Positions 1-13,337 of a DNA stretch of 64,000 bases are shown piece after piece. A program made the translations under genes and the position numbers. How positions within the stretch are numbered: position 1 is the stretch's first letter; the number at the start of each line of letters is the position of its first letter. The notes beneath the pieces were generated by a model. The model saw only the letters and a program-made list of their open reading frames with translations. It ran no database searches and was not told where the DNA came from. Origin of the DNA: Octopus vulgaris (Eukaryota); assembly GCA_951406725.2 (NCBI GenBank), contig OX597837.1:28210001-28274000 (forward strand), written 5' to 3'.

Positions 1-960
1 TTTCACACTTTATCTTATTTACAAAATATAATTGGACAATTATCTCAATATGAAAATGTACAGAAAGTAATAAGAAAACACAATATATGGAGATTATTTA
101 AAGCATAGAACATGCAAAGTAAAATAAATAAAAGATATTTTTTTTTAAAAATGACTTTTAATCTTTTATTCCGTTAATGATTCTCCGTATGATTCTAAAC
201 CAACCAACCAACCAACTAACCAACCTTTTTACTCAGAAAAGCATAGAGAAATAATTATTTATTTAAGATTCGAAACATCAAGGAAACCAATTAGTTCTGC
301 AAATGAACAGCCATGAGACGAGTAAAAATGATGGGAGCTTCTGTGAGCGGTGAGTCAGTATGTTAGAAGTAGCAACCAAATTTCCTTCAATCATATCCGC
401 TCGTTTTAAAGAAAAATTTTTTGGAGTATGCACTTCTGTAATTTCCATTTTTTTTCCTTCTCGCAAATTCCATGAGCTTTCTAGGTTCAAATATCTAATA
501 ATCCGCTTTTGAATAACAACGATAATCCTGAATAACAACAATGATAATCCAATGATAAACACAAGGCCAGCCCTTTTTTTAGGATAAGGGGTAAGTGGAT
601 TGCATATACCCCAGTACTTGTTTCTATCTACTTCACCGTCCTCGAAAGGATGAAGAGCAAAGTCGGCAGCGACGGAATTTGAACTCAGAGTGTAAAGACA
701 GACGAAATGTTGCTAAGCATTATATCTGGCATGCTCTGGCACATGGCCAGCAATATCAGGTATGGATGGGGGCGTAAATCGATTACATCGACCCCAGTGC
801 TCAACTGGTACTTATTTTATCGATCCCGGGAGAATGAAAGGCAAAGTCGATCTCGGAGGAATTCGAACTCAGAACGTTAAGACAGACGAAACTCCGCTAA
901 GCATTTCACCCGGCGTGCTAACTATTCTACCAGTTCGCCACGATGATGATGATAATAGTA

Positions 961-1023
<63 letters not shown>

Positions 1024-3475
1024 GAGGCGGTACCATGGCCAATGAGGTATACTCGAGGCGTGGTTATTGCTAGTTGAAAATTATTATTATTATTATTATT
1101 GAAAATTTTATTTTTCTCTACTCGTTTTCCATTTCGGAAATAGTTTTAAACGTTGGAGATAATTCTAAAAAAAAATAAGAAAAAAAATGCACATTTTATA
1201 AATTTCCCATATTTTAGTTTTTACAATACACAACCTTTTCAATTTGACTTTCCGTTCGGAAATTTTGTCAGAAGCACGTTTTAAAAATATTTTCTCAAAA
1301 GTATATTTTCAGGTTTCTATAAATGATGAACATGAACACAAATACACAAATATATATATAATACGTTTTATTTTTAAATATTTTTCTTCTTCTTACTCTT
1401 ACCAAACTTCCTTACTTCTAAGTATTTTTTTTTTTTTTGAAACGCTTTTCAAGCAGTTTCTCAAAAACTACTACTCGCAACTGATAGAAATAAAATATAG
1501 CTACCAATGAAGTAGGATTGTATTCTAACTTAATCAACGTTGGAATGGTCACTGTGGAACGCTGTTAGTATGTTTCTTGCTGTTTTGTTTGACCCATTTG
1601 CCCACCTCATTTGACAAGGTGATTAACTATGTTTTGTTTTTTGCGTATCATAATCATTTTAGACATCTGTTTTAATTAAAACAACAGGGGCTCAGTGTAA
1701 CATCACTGTTCAGTCTCGTATTTATGTAGTTTTGCTTTTGGTGATATTACCAGGTTACGTAAACACACACACACACACACACACATACACACACGATGTG
1801 CATTCCAGAAGTATATAAAGATCTTTTTAGTGAAGGTGAGGGTGGCGAGCTGGCAGAATCGTTAGCACGCCGGGCGAAATGCGTAGCCGTATTTCGTCTG
1901 CCGCTACGTTCTTTTAGGTGTTTTCGCTCAATAAACACTCACAACGCCCGGTCTGGGAATCGAAACCGCAATCCTACGACCGTGAGTCCGCTGCCCTAAC
2001 CACTGGTCATTGCGCCTCCACAATTCTTATATACGGCAGGAAAATTGATTAACGTCACTTCTTCAGGGTTTTTACATTCTGGGTTCAAATTCGGCCAAGG
2101 TCTACTTTGCTTTTCATCTTTTCAGGGTCGATAAAATAACTGCCAGTTGAGCACTGGGATCGATGTATTGGACTATAATTGACTTAATCCCTTTGTCTGT
2201 CCTTGTTTGTTCTCTCTGTGTTTAGCCCCTTGTGGGTAGTAAAGAAATAGGTATTTCGTCTGTCGTTACGTTCTGAGTTCAAATTCCGCCGAGGTCGACT
2301 TTCCCTTTCATCCTTTCGGGGTAGATAAATTAAGTACCAGTTACGCACTGGGGTCGATGTAATCGACTTAATCCCTTTGTCTGTCCTTGTTTGTCGCCTC
2401 TATATTTGGCCCCTTGTGGGTAGTAAAGAAATAATTATAGGCGTAGGAGTGGCTGTGTGTCAGTGTCAGTGTTTCGATCGTCTTCACGTTCCGAGTTCAA
2501 ATTCCGCTGAGGTCGACTTTGCTTTTCATTCTTTCGGGGTTGATAAAATAAGTACCAGTCGCGAACCGGGGGTCGACGTCATCGACGTTTGCGCTTCTCC
2601 ACCTCAAATTTCAGGCCTTGTACCTAGAGGAGAAAGAATCATTATTAGTGTTCCTACTTATCTTGTTTTTTATTATAACGACGAAGAGAGTACAAATGGC
2701 GGCGCTGCCGTTGATGATGACATTGATGAATATTCCGATCACGATGACGGTGATGATGACGACAGTGATGAAGCTGCCAACTGCAATTTACGTTAGTTTG
2801 TTAGTTACCAGGAAGAAGGAATTGGATATGGAGATGCAAAGTTTGCCTGAGAGCCTGCATCTGTATACTACCATCTCGGCCGCCATATTTGTACGTCTTT
2901 TGGATGGCTGCCAACAGTGATCCTGTCGAGTTACTTAATGTACCACGAATACATTAGCTTTCTGCCTGTCATTCAAAATCAACCGGTAGCACTTCATCAA
3001 TCTCTGTTCAACTATTAAAACACAGAACTCAATCCTAATAAAGAAAATCCATAGCTTGCACCATCATTCTAACATTCGAGCATTCTGGTATTTTGAATAT
3101 ATTCTTATATTCTGGCGTTTGTTTTCATTTTTCTCCACCCCCCAGGTGTGATGTTATAAATTTAAAACGGAATGTTATTCACAGCTACTCAGTGCATTTC
3201 TTTCTGTCTATTTCCTTTGTTTATTTTGTGTGTCAAAGTGTGAGAGAGAGAGAAAGAGAGTGTGTTTGTGGAGGGTTTTTTTACTGAGTTGTTTACGCCA
3301 TGAGGAATGTTAAAACACACAGACTTATATACATGCATATATGCCGGAGTTTTAGTGGTAAATCAAACTGATCAGTCATAGTACATATATATATATAATA
3401 AAATATTAGGGAATAAATCCAAACTTACAGGGAAAAATCAGATTTAGGATTGAATCCAATTTTATAGTAAAATAT

Positions 3476-3704
3476 TATATTATATTAAATTAGAGATAAA
3501 ACCACTATTAGGCAAATCATACAATGAAAAACTTAAGCCAATACATAAGATTAATTAATTTATATTATTTTAAATATATATCAAAATTATCTTTTTTTAA
3601 TAATTTTGATATATATTTAAAATAATATAAATTAATTAATCTTATGTATTGGCTTGAGTTTTTCATTGTATGGTTTGCCTAATAGTGGTTTTATCTCTAA
3701 TTTA

Positions 3705-3714
<10 letters not shown>
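3476..3714. repeat. Long AT-rich inverted repeat (115-bp arms, 9-nt spacer)
   Basis: 3476-3590 versus 3600-3714, two mismatches seen; a related single arm at about 42372-42440. Confidence 0.9.
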
Positions 3715-3741
<27 letters not shown>

Positions 3742-4042
3742 CATTGCTTGGCAATGACTAACAGATCAATCTAAATATATGCGTATGTATGAAGGAATGT
3801 AGTGACGTCGAATATGAATATTATCAACATGGCGGAGTGGGGTAATATGCCAGACGATTTTCAGCATTTTGAATACAAATAATTAATATATTGAGTTGAA
3901 AAATCTCGATTGACTGAAACTGTTTAAGAAATGGTAAGGCAAAAGACCGCTCTCTAGCTTTGTTCACAATCTAAACACAACAAAGAATATGGAAGTAACT
4001 ACCTTAAGATCAGTTTTGGGGTATATATATATATATATATAT

Positions 4043-4241
4043 GGATCGTTAGCTCCTACACGCAATTTTTTTCTCTCATTGTTTCTCTCCTTGTTTCTTT
4101 TCTATGTATCTTTCTGTCGAAGAGCGTAGGCTCGAAACGTAAAAGACTTGTTCTATTTCTATTCCTGAGCGCCATACTAATACATTGTTTCTTTGTACTC
4201 CACCTGCCTTCGTCTTTTGTTTATTTTCGTAAATCTTCCAG

Positions 4242-4242
<1 letters not shown>
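4043..4242 (+). mobile_element. (TA)n-flanked about 200-bp Penelope-like/retrozyme unit with a variant minimal hammerhead
   Basis: ucuuuCUGUCGA-A-GAGC-guag-GCUC-GAAAC-GUA-aaaga at 4109-4146 (A6 replaced by U); (TA)n on both sides; homologous copy at 33761-33915. Confidence 0.55.
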
Positions 4243-4275
<33 letters not shown>

Positions 4276-4924
4276 ACCGTGACCGACCAGGCTATAATAT
4301 GCTGCTACACATCGCTGGTCACAATGCGCTTCTCATTGTTTGAGCCTTCATATGACGCCACCCCGCTGGCTAAGCGAGTAGTCCAACAGAAGAGAGAGAG
4401 AAAGAGAGAGAAAGTTGTGGCGAAAGAGTACAGCAGGGATCGCCACCACTCCATGCCGGAGCGTCGTGGAGCTTTTAGGTGTTTTTGCTCAATAAACACT
4501 CACAGCGCCCTGTCTGAGAATCGAAACCGCGATCCTATGACCGCGAGTCCGCTGCCCTAACCACTGGGCCATTGATACAAAGCCAGCAATCAATATACTC
4601 TTTACTCTTTTACTTGTTTCAGTCATTTGATTGTGGCCATGCTGGAGCACCGCCTTTAGTCGAGCAAATCGACGCCAGGACTTATTCTTTTGGAAGCCTA
4701 GTACTTATTCTATCGTTCTCTTTTGCGGAACCGCTAATTTACGGGGACGTAAACACACCAGCATCGGTTGTCAAGCGATGTTGGGGGAACAAACACAGTC
4801 ACACAATGCTTTGGTCGGCCCGAGGCTATAGTAGAAGATACTTGCCCAAGGTGGCACGCAGTGGAACTTAACCCGGAACCATATGGTTGGTAAGCAAGCT
4901 ACTTATCACACAGCCACTCCTACG

Positions 4925-4962
<38 letters not shown>

Positions 4963-5008
4963 TCTCTCTCTCTCTTTCTCTCTCTCTCTTTCTCTCTCCC
5001 TCTCGCTC

Positions 5009-5086
<78 letters not shown>

Positions 5087-5669
5087 ATCACATTTTGTAT
5101 TATATAGCAATTAGTGAACATATATGCTATTGGTTACTGTCACTTACTTGCACCTTTGGATTTCTTCCAATTCCGTTGTTATTCTTGCAATAAATTTATC
5201 CATCGCTGCATCTCAAACAGTAAATACTCCTCCCACCCCTACCAAGTCTCTCACTTATTTTCAATAGGTACACACGCACGCACGCGCACACCCCCACACA
5301 TATACACATAAACGTTCACCTGTAACTTGATCTGTCCTATTATTTATTATCAGATGGAAAGGGGACGGGGGGTGGGGGAAAGATGATGTTCGTTTTATGT
5401 GTCAAGTTCCATAAACCTTCACAAAGAACTTGGGTCGGGTTTCGCCAAAACGCAGATAAACGTCAACTAGTAGTGGTGGTGGTGGTATTTAGTGTTGGTA
5501 TCGGAGTGCAATGTTATTGGAGGTGGCTAGAGTGGTAGTAATTGTAAAGGGGTTGTAGACGACGGATATATATAGGCGATGCTGATGGGGAAGGCAGTGT
5601 AGTGATGATGGTGATGGTCATGGTGGTGATGGTTATTGATAGAGTATAGTGTTGTTGTTATTATTATTG

Positions 5670-5721
<52 letters not shown>

Positions 5722-5769
5722 TACTACTACTACTATTATTTGTAGTAGTAGTGGTAGTGGTAGAAGAAG

Positions 5770-6592
5770 TTGGCGAACTGGCAGAATCGTTAGCATGCCG
5801 GACAAAATGCTTAGCGGTATTTCGTCTGTCTTTACGTTCTGAGTTCAAATTCCACCGAGGTCGACTTTGCCTTTTATCCTTTCAGGGTCGATTAAATAAG
5901 TACCAGTTACGCACTGATAACTGGTACTTATTTAATTGACCCCAAAAGGATGAAAGGCAAAATCGACATCGGCGGAATTTGAACCCAGAGTGTAAAGACA
6001 GGCGAAATACTTATTTCTTTATTACCCACAAGGGGCTAAACTCAGAGGGGACAAACAAGGACAGACAAACGGATTAAGTCGATTACATCGACCCCGGTGC
6101 GTAACTGGTACTTAATTTATCGACCCCGAAAGGATGAAAGGCAAAGTCGACCTCGGCAGAATTTGAACTCAGAACGTAACGGCAGACGAACTACCTATTT
6201 CTATTTCTTTACTACCCACAAGGCGCTAAACACAGAGAGGACAAACAAGGACAGACAAATGGATTAAGTCGATTATATCGACCCCAGTGCGTAACTGGTA
6301 CTTATTTAATCGACCCCGAAAGGATGAAAGGCAAAGTCGACTTCGGCGGAATTTGAACTCAGAACGTAGCGGCAGATGAAATACCGCTAAGCATTTCGCC
6401 CAGCGCGCTAACGCTTCTGCCAGCTCGCCGATTAGATCGACCCCAGTACGTAACTGGTACTTAATTTACCGAACCCGAAAGGATGAAAGGCAAAGTCGAC
6501 CTCGGCGAAATTTGAACTCAGAACGTAAAGACAGACGAAATGCCGCTAGCATTTGGCCCGGCAAGCTAACGTTTCTGCCAGCTCGCCGCCTT
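5770..6592. mobile_element. SINE family B cluster: one plus copy then four tandem minus copies
   Basis: gaaaggatgaaaggcaaagtcgacctcggcg-type core at about 5945, 6130, 6318 and 6478; opposite-orientation copy at 5770-5915. Confidence 0.9.
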
Positions 6593-7213
6593 CTTGCATA
6601 TACATATTACGACATACCATGCGAGGCACACAGTTTTTTATTATGGCGTAATTTTACTGATCAGAAGTTAATTGCATGTTCAGGATTTTGTGTCTTTCTC
6701 GAAAGATAACGTTATATCATCTTGAATGCGTCTATATTTCAGAACCTTCATCCGTTTCAAGCAATTTTACATCTTATGTCACTGACCGCTTCATATTACT
6801 GATCTATATTTAGTATAACAAGTCCTGATCAGAGATAGTTTTTCAAACAGCGATAGGGTCATGTCGTATACATTTCTTTAATCTCACATATCGGAAATTG
6901 GCTATTTCCGATTATTCTTTCACTGTATTGATTTAATGTTGTGGCTTCAACTAATTCTTAATTTATATGTATATTTGTTGAGAACGTTCGTGAAAAAGCA
7001 CGTTGATAAGAGTAATTATAGAGTACCCAGTGGACGGCGGGTATTTTTACTGAGTGATACACACATGCACACCAATTAACTATATAATTTATTGGATCAT
7101 GATGGAACTGCATAACGCGTATCTATTCTACTCTGATCGTGCCATCATTTTTGACAAACTAGAATGTACTAATATCCTCGATTGCAGATATTTATTCATT
7201 TTTGTGACTTCTC

Positions 7214-7305
7214 TCTCTCTCTGATGACGGAATAGACAGCTTATGGAATCCTTACTTAATATCATGATCCACTTGCTTGGCTATTCGAGAAACTGCTGTA
7301 AGATA
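7214..7305 (+). ncRNA. Degenerate long-stem-II hammerhead motif
   Basis: ucucuCUGAUGA 7221-27; ggaauag/cuauucg stem; GAAAC 7289-93; GUA 7298-7300; aga pairs with ucu; the closing pair of stem II is mismatched. Confidence 0.4.
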
Positions 7306-7519
7306 TCCTATATTCTCTTTCTCTTTACTTGCTTAAGTCATTTGATTGTAGCCATGCTGGAGCACCGCCTTTAGTCGAGCAAATCGACCCCGGGACTTAT
7401 TCTTTGGAAGTCCAGCACATATTCTATCGGTGTCTTTTGCCGAACCGCTAGGCCACAGGGACGTAAACACACCACCATCGGTTGTCAAGCGATGTTGGGG
7501 GGACAAACACGGACACACA

Positions 7520-7561
<42 letters not shown>

Positions 7562-7855
7562 TACGACGGGCTTCTTTCAGTTTCCATCTACCAAATCCAC
7601 TCACAAGGTTGTGTTCGGCCCGAGGCTATAGTAGAAGACACTTGCCAAGGTGCCACGCAGTGGGAATGAACCAGGAACCATGTGGTTGGTAAGCAAACTA
7701 CTTACCACACAGCCACTCCTTATATTCTCTATCAAAATTAAATATTTTCCGTCTGATGCCAAACGTTTTGATTTTTCCTTATATATATTTTTCGTTTTTG
7801 GATTTGGTTTGCAAGATTCTCTATGTGAGTTCGTGTGTCGAAGCATATTTTGTTG

Positions 7856-8048
7856 TGTCTGGGAAGAGTCATTCTCTTTTGGTGCCTTATATTTTAACAC
7901 ACTCACCGGTAAAATTTCCAGTTCTTTTTTTATTTTTATTTTTTTAAATAATGAGGGATAAAAAATTAAGAAAAAGAAATAAGTGGAAATTTTACTGGTG
8001 AGTGTGTTAAATTATAAGGCACCAAAAGAGAATGACTCTCCCCAGATA
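7856..8048. repeat. Inverted repeat with about 65-bp arms
   Basis: tctgggaagagtcattctcttttggtgccttatattttaacacactcaccggtaaaatttcca versus tggaaattttactggtgagtgtgttaaattataaggcaccaaaagagaatgactctcccaga. Confidence 0.85.
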
Positions 8049-8219
8049 CAACTTTATATATAGGAGTGGCTGTGTGGTGAGTAGCTTGCTTACCAACCAC
8101 ATGGTTCCGAGTTCAGTCCCACTGCATGGCACCTTAGACAAGTGTCTTCTACTATAGCCTCGGGCCGACCAAAGCCTTGTGAGTGGATTTGGTAGACGGA
8201 CTCTGAAAGAAGCCCGTCG

Positions 8220-8256
<37 letters not shown>

Positions 8257-9194
8257 CTGTGTTTGTCCCCCCACTACCGCTTGACAACCGGTGTTGGTGT
8301 GATTACATCCCCGTAACTTAGCAGTTCGGCAATAGACGCCATTAGAATAAGTACTAAGCGTAAGAAATATGTCCTGGTGTCGATTTGTTCGACTAAAACT
8401 CTTTAAGGCAGTGCTCCAACATGGCCGCAGTTAAATGACTGAAACAAGTAAAAAATGAAAGTGTACATATATATATATGTGTGTGTGTGAGTGTGTATAC
8501 ACACACAAACAAACCCAAGTAGAGTGTATGTTTATCATATTTTTCATGTAAAGCGCATTTAAGTATACATTCTCACCGCTCTCTCGTATATATGTGAGGG
8601 AAAGAGAGAGAATGTGTATATAATATCAAATTTTCTTCAAAAAGTTAACAAACAAAATAATGTTTATTATTTCTGGGTTGAGTACGAAATAAATCTGCCT
8701 TCTTCTCTCACCTTGTCTTCTTTTGTACCTCGTGACCGCCTCCTCACTTTCTTATCTTTCCTACCGTTCGTATTTTGTCCGTATCTTCACCCATTCTTGG
8801 CGCCTTCAATCATAATGGTCTTCTTCCCAAATTAATCCATTTTTACTATCCTTGAACTGGTTTCTTTTGCTACTCGAGCCAACAACCTACCTGCTTCAAT
8901 GATCGATTCTAGAATCTGTGTTTCGTCTTCTGGTAGTGAGTATTACATCACTTCGTGACTGCGTCATTTTTGCAGATGCTACCGTTCAATATACGCACAC
9001 AGTACACACACACACACACACACACACACTCTCTTTCACTCTTTAGAGCTAATTCATATACCCTAATATATATCTATGTATCTCGATCAATCAATATATA
9101 TCCATCTATATATATCCGTCTATCTACCTATCTACCTATCTACCTATCTACCTATCTACCTATCTATCTATCTATCTATCTCTCTATCTATCTC

Positions 9195-9225
<31 letters not shown>

Positions 9226-9267
9226 CTCTGTCTGTCTGCCTATCTATCTATCTACCTCTCTATCTAC

Positions 9268-9298
<31 letters not shown>

Positions 9299-9398
9299 CC
9301 TATATCTCTACCTATCTATCTGTGTGTGTATGAATACGCGCGCACTAATATACAATTACACATATGCACACATACATACATTTCTCCTCTGTATATAA

Positions 9399-9450
<52 letters not shown>

Positions 9451-11604
9451 TAAAGTTGATTACACGAACGAAAATAACGTACTCATTTAAAAGAAGGGTG
9501 AAATGTAAGTCAATACTTACTGTTAAAATTAATACATTATAACTTTGCGTTTCGTGTTTAATTAGATATAAATAAATAAATAATAATAATAATAATAATA
9601 ATGATAAGACAAAAAGTACATAAACCTACAGTTTTGGGAGACTTCGAATCATAAACTATGCTCCTGGTAAATGAATGCTGGGATCGAAACTTTATACGGG
9701 CGTAGCTTGTGAATAGAAGTTATTTACTTAAGGAAACTAAAGGCAATATAGAGAATTAAAGAGGACTTTCCTTGAAAGCTATCCCGATAGATGATCCTAG
9801 ATTACTTTCCGAACTTATTGTGTTGGTAGGGTTCTTGGAGAATGGCACTGACGAGAGCTGTTACCTGTAAATTTCGGGATGAGAGAGTACAACGAAACTC
9901 TCTTCTAGACATACTCAGAGTTCGAACATCATTCGCATAGGCGTAGGAGTGGCTGTGTGGTAAGAAGCTTGCTTCCCGGAGGGAGGAGCCCATGCCCTGG
10001 ACAGGGGACGAGAGTGGCCTTCGCAGGTGACTACGAAGATCATATCGGATGTCGCTATGGTCAGAGTAATGAACACCTTCTCAAAGGACATGTTTAGATA
10101 AGCCTTGAGGAGCCCCGACCTAGAGCTGGCGCATTGCCTAAGGGAAGTGTAAGCCAGGTCTGGGAGGAGGGGCTTTGTGTATTGTATTTATATATATTAT
10201 ATGTAATTATTGAACTATGTTGTTGTTTGTAATGGACTGTTAAGTCCAAAAATTGAAAAGTTGTAAAAGTTGTAAGAGGTTTAATACCTTGTTTTGTGTT
10301 TGGTTTTAAAGAACAATGTTTTAGAGAAGCAGAAGTCAGCGGGCGCTTTTTGTCTTCTCCCATCCTTATCATCTTTGTTTCATTATCATTCATTTCATTA
10401 ATGTCCTTGTCCAGCCCACAAAGCTACTTTACTCTATGTACTGCCTTTATGGCAAATGTAATGACATAAATAAGCTTGCTTTCCAACCACTTGGTTCCGG
10501 TCTCAGTCCCACTGCGTAGTATCTTAGGCAAGTGTCTTCTACTATAGCCTCGGGTCGACCAAAGCCTTGTGAGTGGATTTGGTAGACGGAAACAGAAAGA
10601 AGTCCGTCGTATATGTGTGTCTGTCTGTCTGTGTTTGAGCCCCCATCACCACTTGACAACCGGTGTTGGTGCGTTTACGTCCCCGTAACATAGTGGTTCG
10701 GCAAAAGAGACCGATAGAATAAGCACTACGCTTAAAAATAAGTATTGGGGTCGATTCATTCGACAATATATCAGACATTAACACTATCAAAGGTTTTGGG
10801 TTCCCTTTAATCGTATCTTACATACATTATGTCTCAAATATTCTGTTTGAGTTTGTCTTGCATCTCTGCTCATTAATACCTAGGCAACTTATGTTACAAA
10901 CACTGCTAAATTTAACAAAATTACTGAAAAGTGTCGAAATCGTAATGACATCTATAGTCGATAACTGATGAAGAATTGAGCCTTGTCCTTGTGTATGTGT
11001 TTTCCGTCTGTTTCTGTCGTCTCCTGTACCACATCTTTAAAGAGTGTGTGTAATCCGATTAATAAAACAGTTCACCATGCACACAATCTGCAAGAGCATA
11101 TTTGATTGGTATTAGTGACTGAAAGCAACAGATAAAATCGCAAAGTTGACTCTGGCGTGAATTGAAATTAGAGCATAAAAAATCGTAACTAAATAACAAA
11201 TATTGCTTTACCTGGTGCTTTACCTTTTTCTCAATGTTAAGTTATATTAAATCTGTTTTTTCCAAATCAACTGCAAAAGAGAAAAAATACAGCAGAAAGC
11301 TATAATTCAATATTGGTGTTGGTATTAACGATAAGAAGCAATACGGTATCTTGTTCGGTTATTTTTCAATTTCAGACCTTGTATGGGTTACCAGAGACTT
11401 TCATTGCACTTGATGAAAGAAATACTACGAACAATATAATAATAATAATAGACTGTGTAAATACAATCACCAAAACTGCTACGAAAATAATGTACGGGAA
11501 AATAAATCTTTTTTTTTATGGTTTCTTGACAAAAAAATAAGTAAAAAGAAATATTAATATTGATAGACGAGGTGAGGCAGCAGACTAAATTTCTTACAAA
11601 ATAC

Positions 11605-11614
11605 TGTGGTTACC

Positions 11615-11655
<41 letters not shown>

Positions 11656-11895
11656 GTTACTATATATATATATATGTGTGTGTGTGTGTGGTTACTATAT
11701 ATATATATATGTGTGTGTGTGTGTGGTTACTATATATATATATATGTGTGTGTGTGTGTGGTTACTATATATATATATATGTGTGTGTGTGTGTGGTTAC
11801 TATATATATTTTTATATATGTATGTGGTTACTATATATATATGTGTGTGTGTGGTTACTATATATATTTTTATATATGTGTGTGGTTACTATATA

Positions 11896-11900
<5 letters not shown>
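11605..11900. repeat. Compound minisatellite, unit GTGGTTAC(TA)n(TG)n
   Basis: About 9 copies of the gtggttac anchor separated by TA/TG dinucleotide runs. Confidence 0.9.
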
Positions 11901-11940
<40 letters not shown>

Positions 11941-13275
11941 TTCCTACGATTAAACTTCGCCATCAACAATATATTGGTCGTCTAAGGAATCAATAAACTG
12001 TATTCACTCTGAATAAATGCAGACTCAGGCAGCTTGTTTATTTGTTATTTGTTATTTATTTTTTTACGTTTGAAACCAGTAAAGTCTTATTACAAAATTT
12101 TGAGAGATAACTGAATGAAATTAGCTTTACTACATCTCCTCTTCCTTCTACCCCTTCGCCTTTACCCCTCCTCTTTCTGCTACTCTTTCGCCTTTTGTCC
12201 ATCTCTCACAGCATCTTTTCCAAACTCTGCATGGACGTTTACACATCTCAGCCGACATCTTGTTATATTTATCGACAACTCAGGAAGCTAGGTCAAGCGA
12301 AATTAAATCTACGTTGTTGTTAATTTTTATTAATACTATTATTATTATTATTATTGTTGTTGTTATTGGCATCATCATCATCATCGTTCTATTCATCAGT
12401 AACGTTATCATTATTGTTGGTTTTTTTTTAACTTAACAAGATGCAAAATATTCATTATAGTATCATTCGTGTCCGTGTAAAATTTGCAATGTAGTATGTG
12501 TATAGAGAAAATATTTTAATCAATACTTTTGTGTATTTAACATGTACACACACAGGCATACACACAAACACAAATATATACATATATGCATATATATATA
12601 TATATACACACACACACGCATGTATATGCACATACATATATAGGCGCAGGAGTGGCTGTGTGGTAAGTAGCTTGCTTACCAACCAAATGGTGGCAGCTTG
12701 GGAAAATGTACTCTACTCTAACATCGGGCCGACTAAAGCCTTGTGACTGGACTTGATAGACGGAAACTGAAAGAAGCCCGTCCTATATATATATACATAT
12801 ATATATATATGTCTGTGTGTCTGTGTTTGTCCCCCCCCAGCATCGCTTGACAACCGATGTTGGTGTGTTTACGTCCCCGTAACTTAACGGTTCGACAAAA
12901 GTGACCGATAGAATAAGTACTAGGCTTACAAAGAATAAGTCCTGGGGTCGATTCGTTCGACTAAAGGCGGGGCTCCAGCGTGGCCGCAGTCAAATGACTG
13001 ACACAAGTAAAATAACATGCATACCTGCATATCTGTATGTAATATCCTTTATCTCTTAGTCTGTCTGTTCACAATGCATTCCTCAAACGTCACAACCTGA
13101 TCAAATCAAATTTTACATGGTAATATTATCCCATCCCAGGAATGCCAATAGGTAATTTCTTTGGATTGGTCCTGGTTCTGTATTACGTCAGGGCCTGGAA
13201 ACCTCCAAACGGACATATTACATGTCGCTTAGTCGAATTAGACTGTCATTTACTCCATCTGTTTCAACATAACTG

Positions 13276-13337
<62 letters not shown>

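Noticed and set aside
5527-5939. Poly-I/poly-N/poly-L ORFs
   Set aside because: Translations of (ATT)n trinucleotide repeats.
8890-8978. Possible minus-strand exon with CAG|gtaggt donor
   Set aside because: Weak acceptor and a stop codon in the plausible frame.
9848-9900. CTGACGA...CGAAAC hammerhead-like words
   Set aside because: No convincing stem II, stem III or stem I pairing.
11605-11900. CRISPR-like repeat/spacer appearance
   Set aside because: Eukaryotic context, 8-bp anchors, low-complexity spacers, no cas genes.
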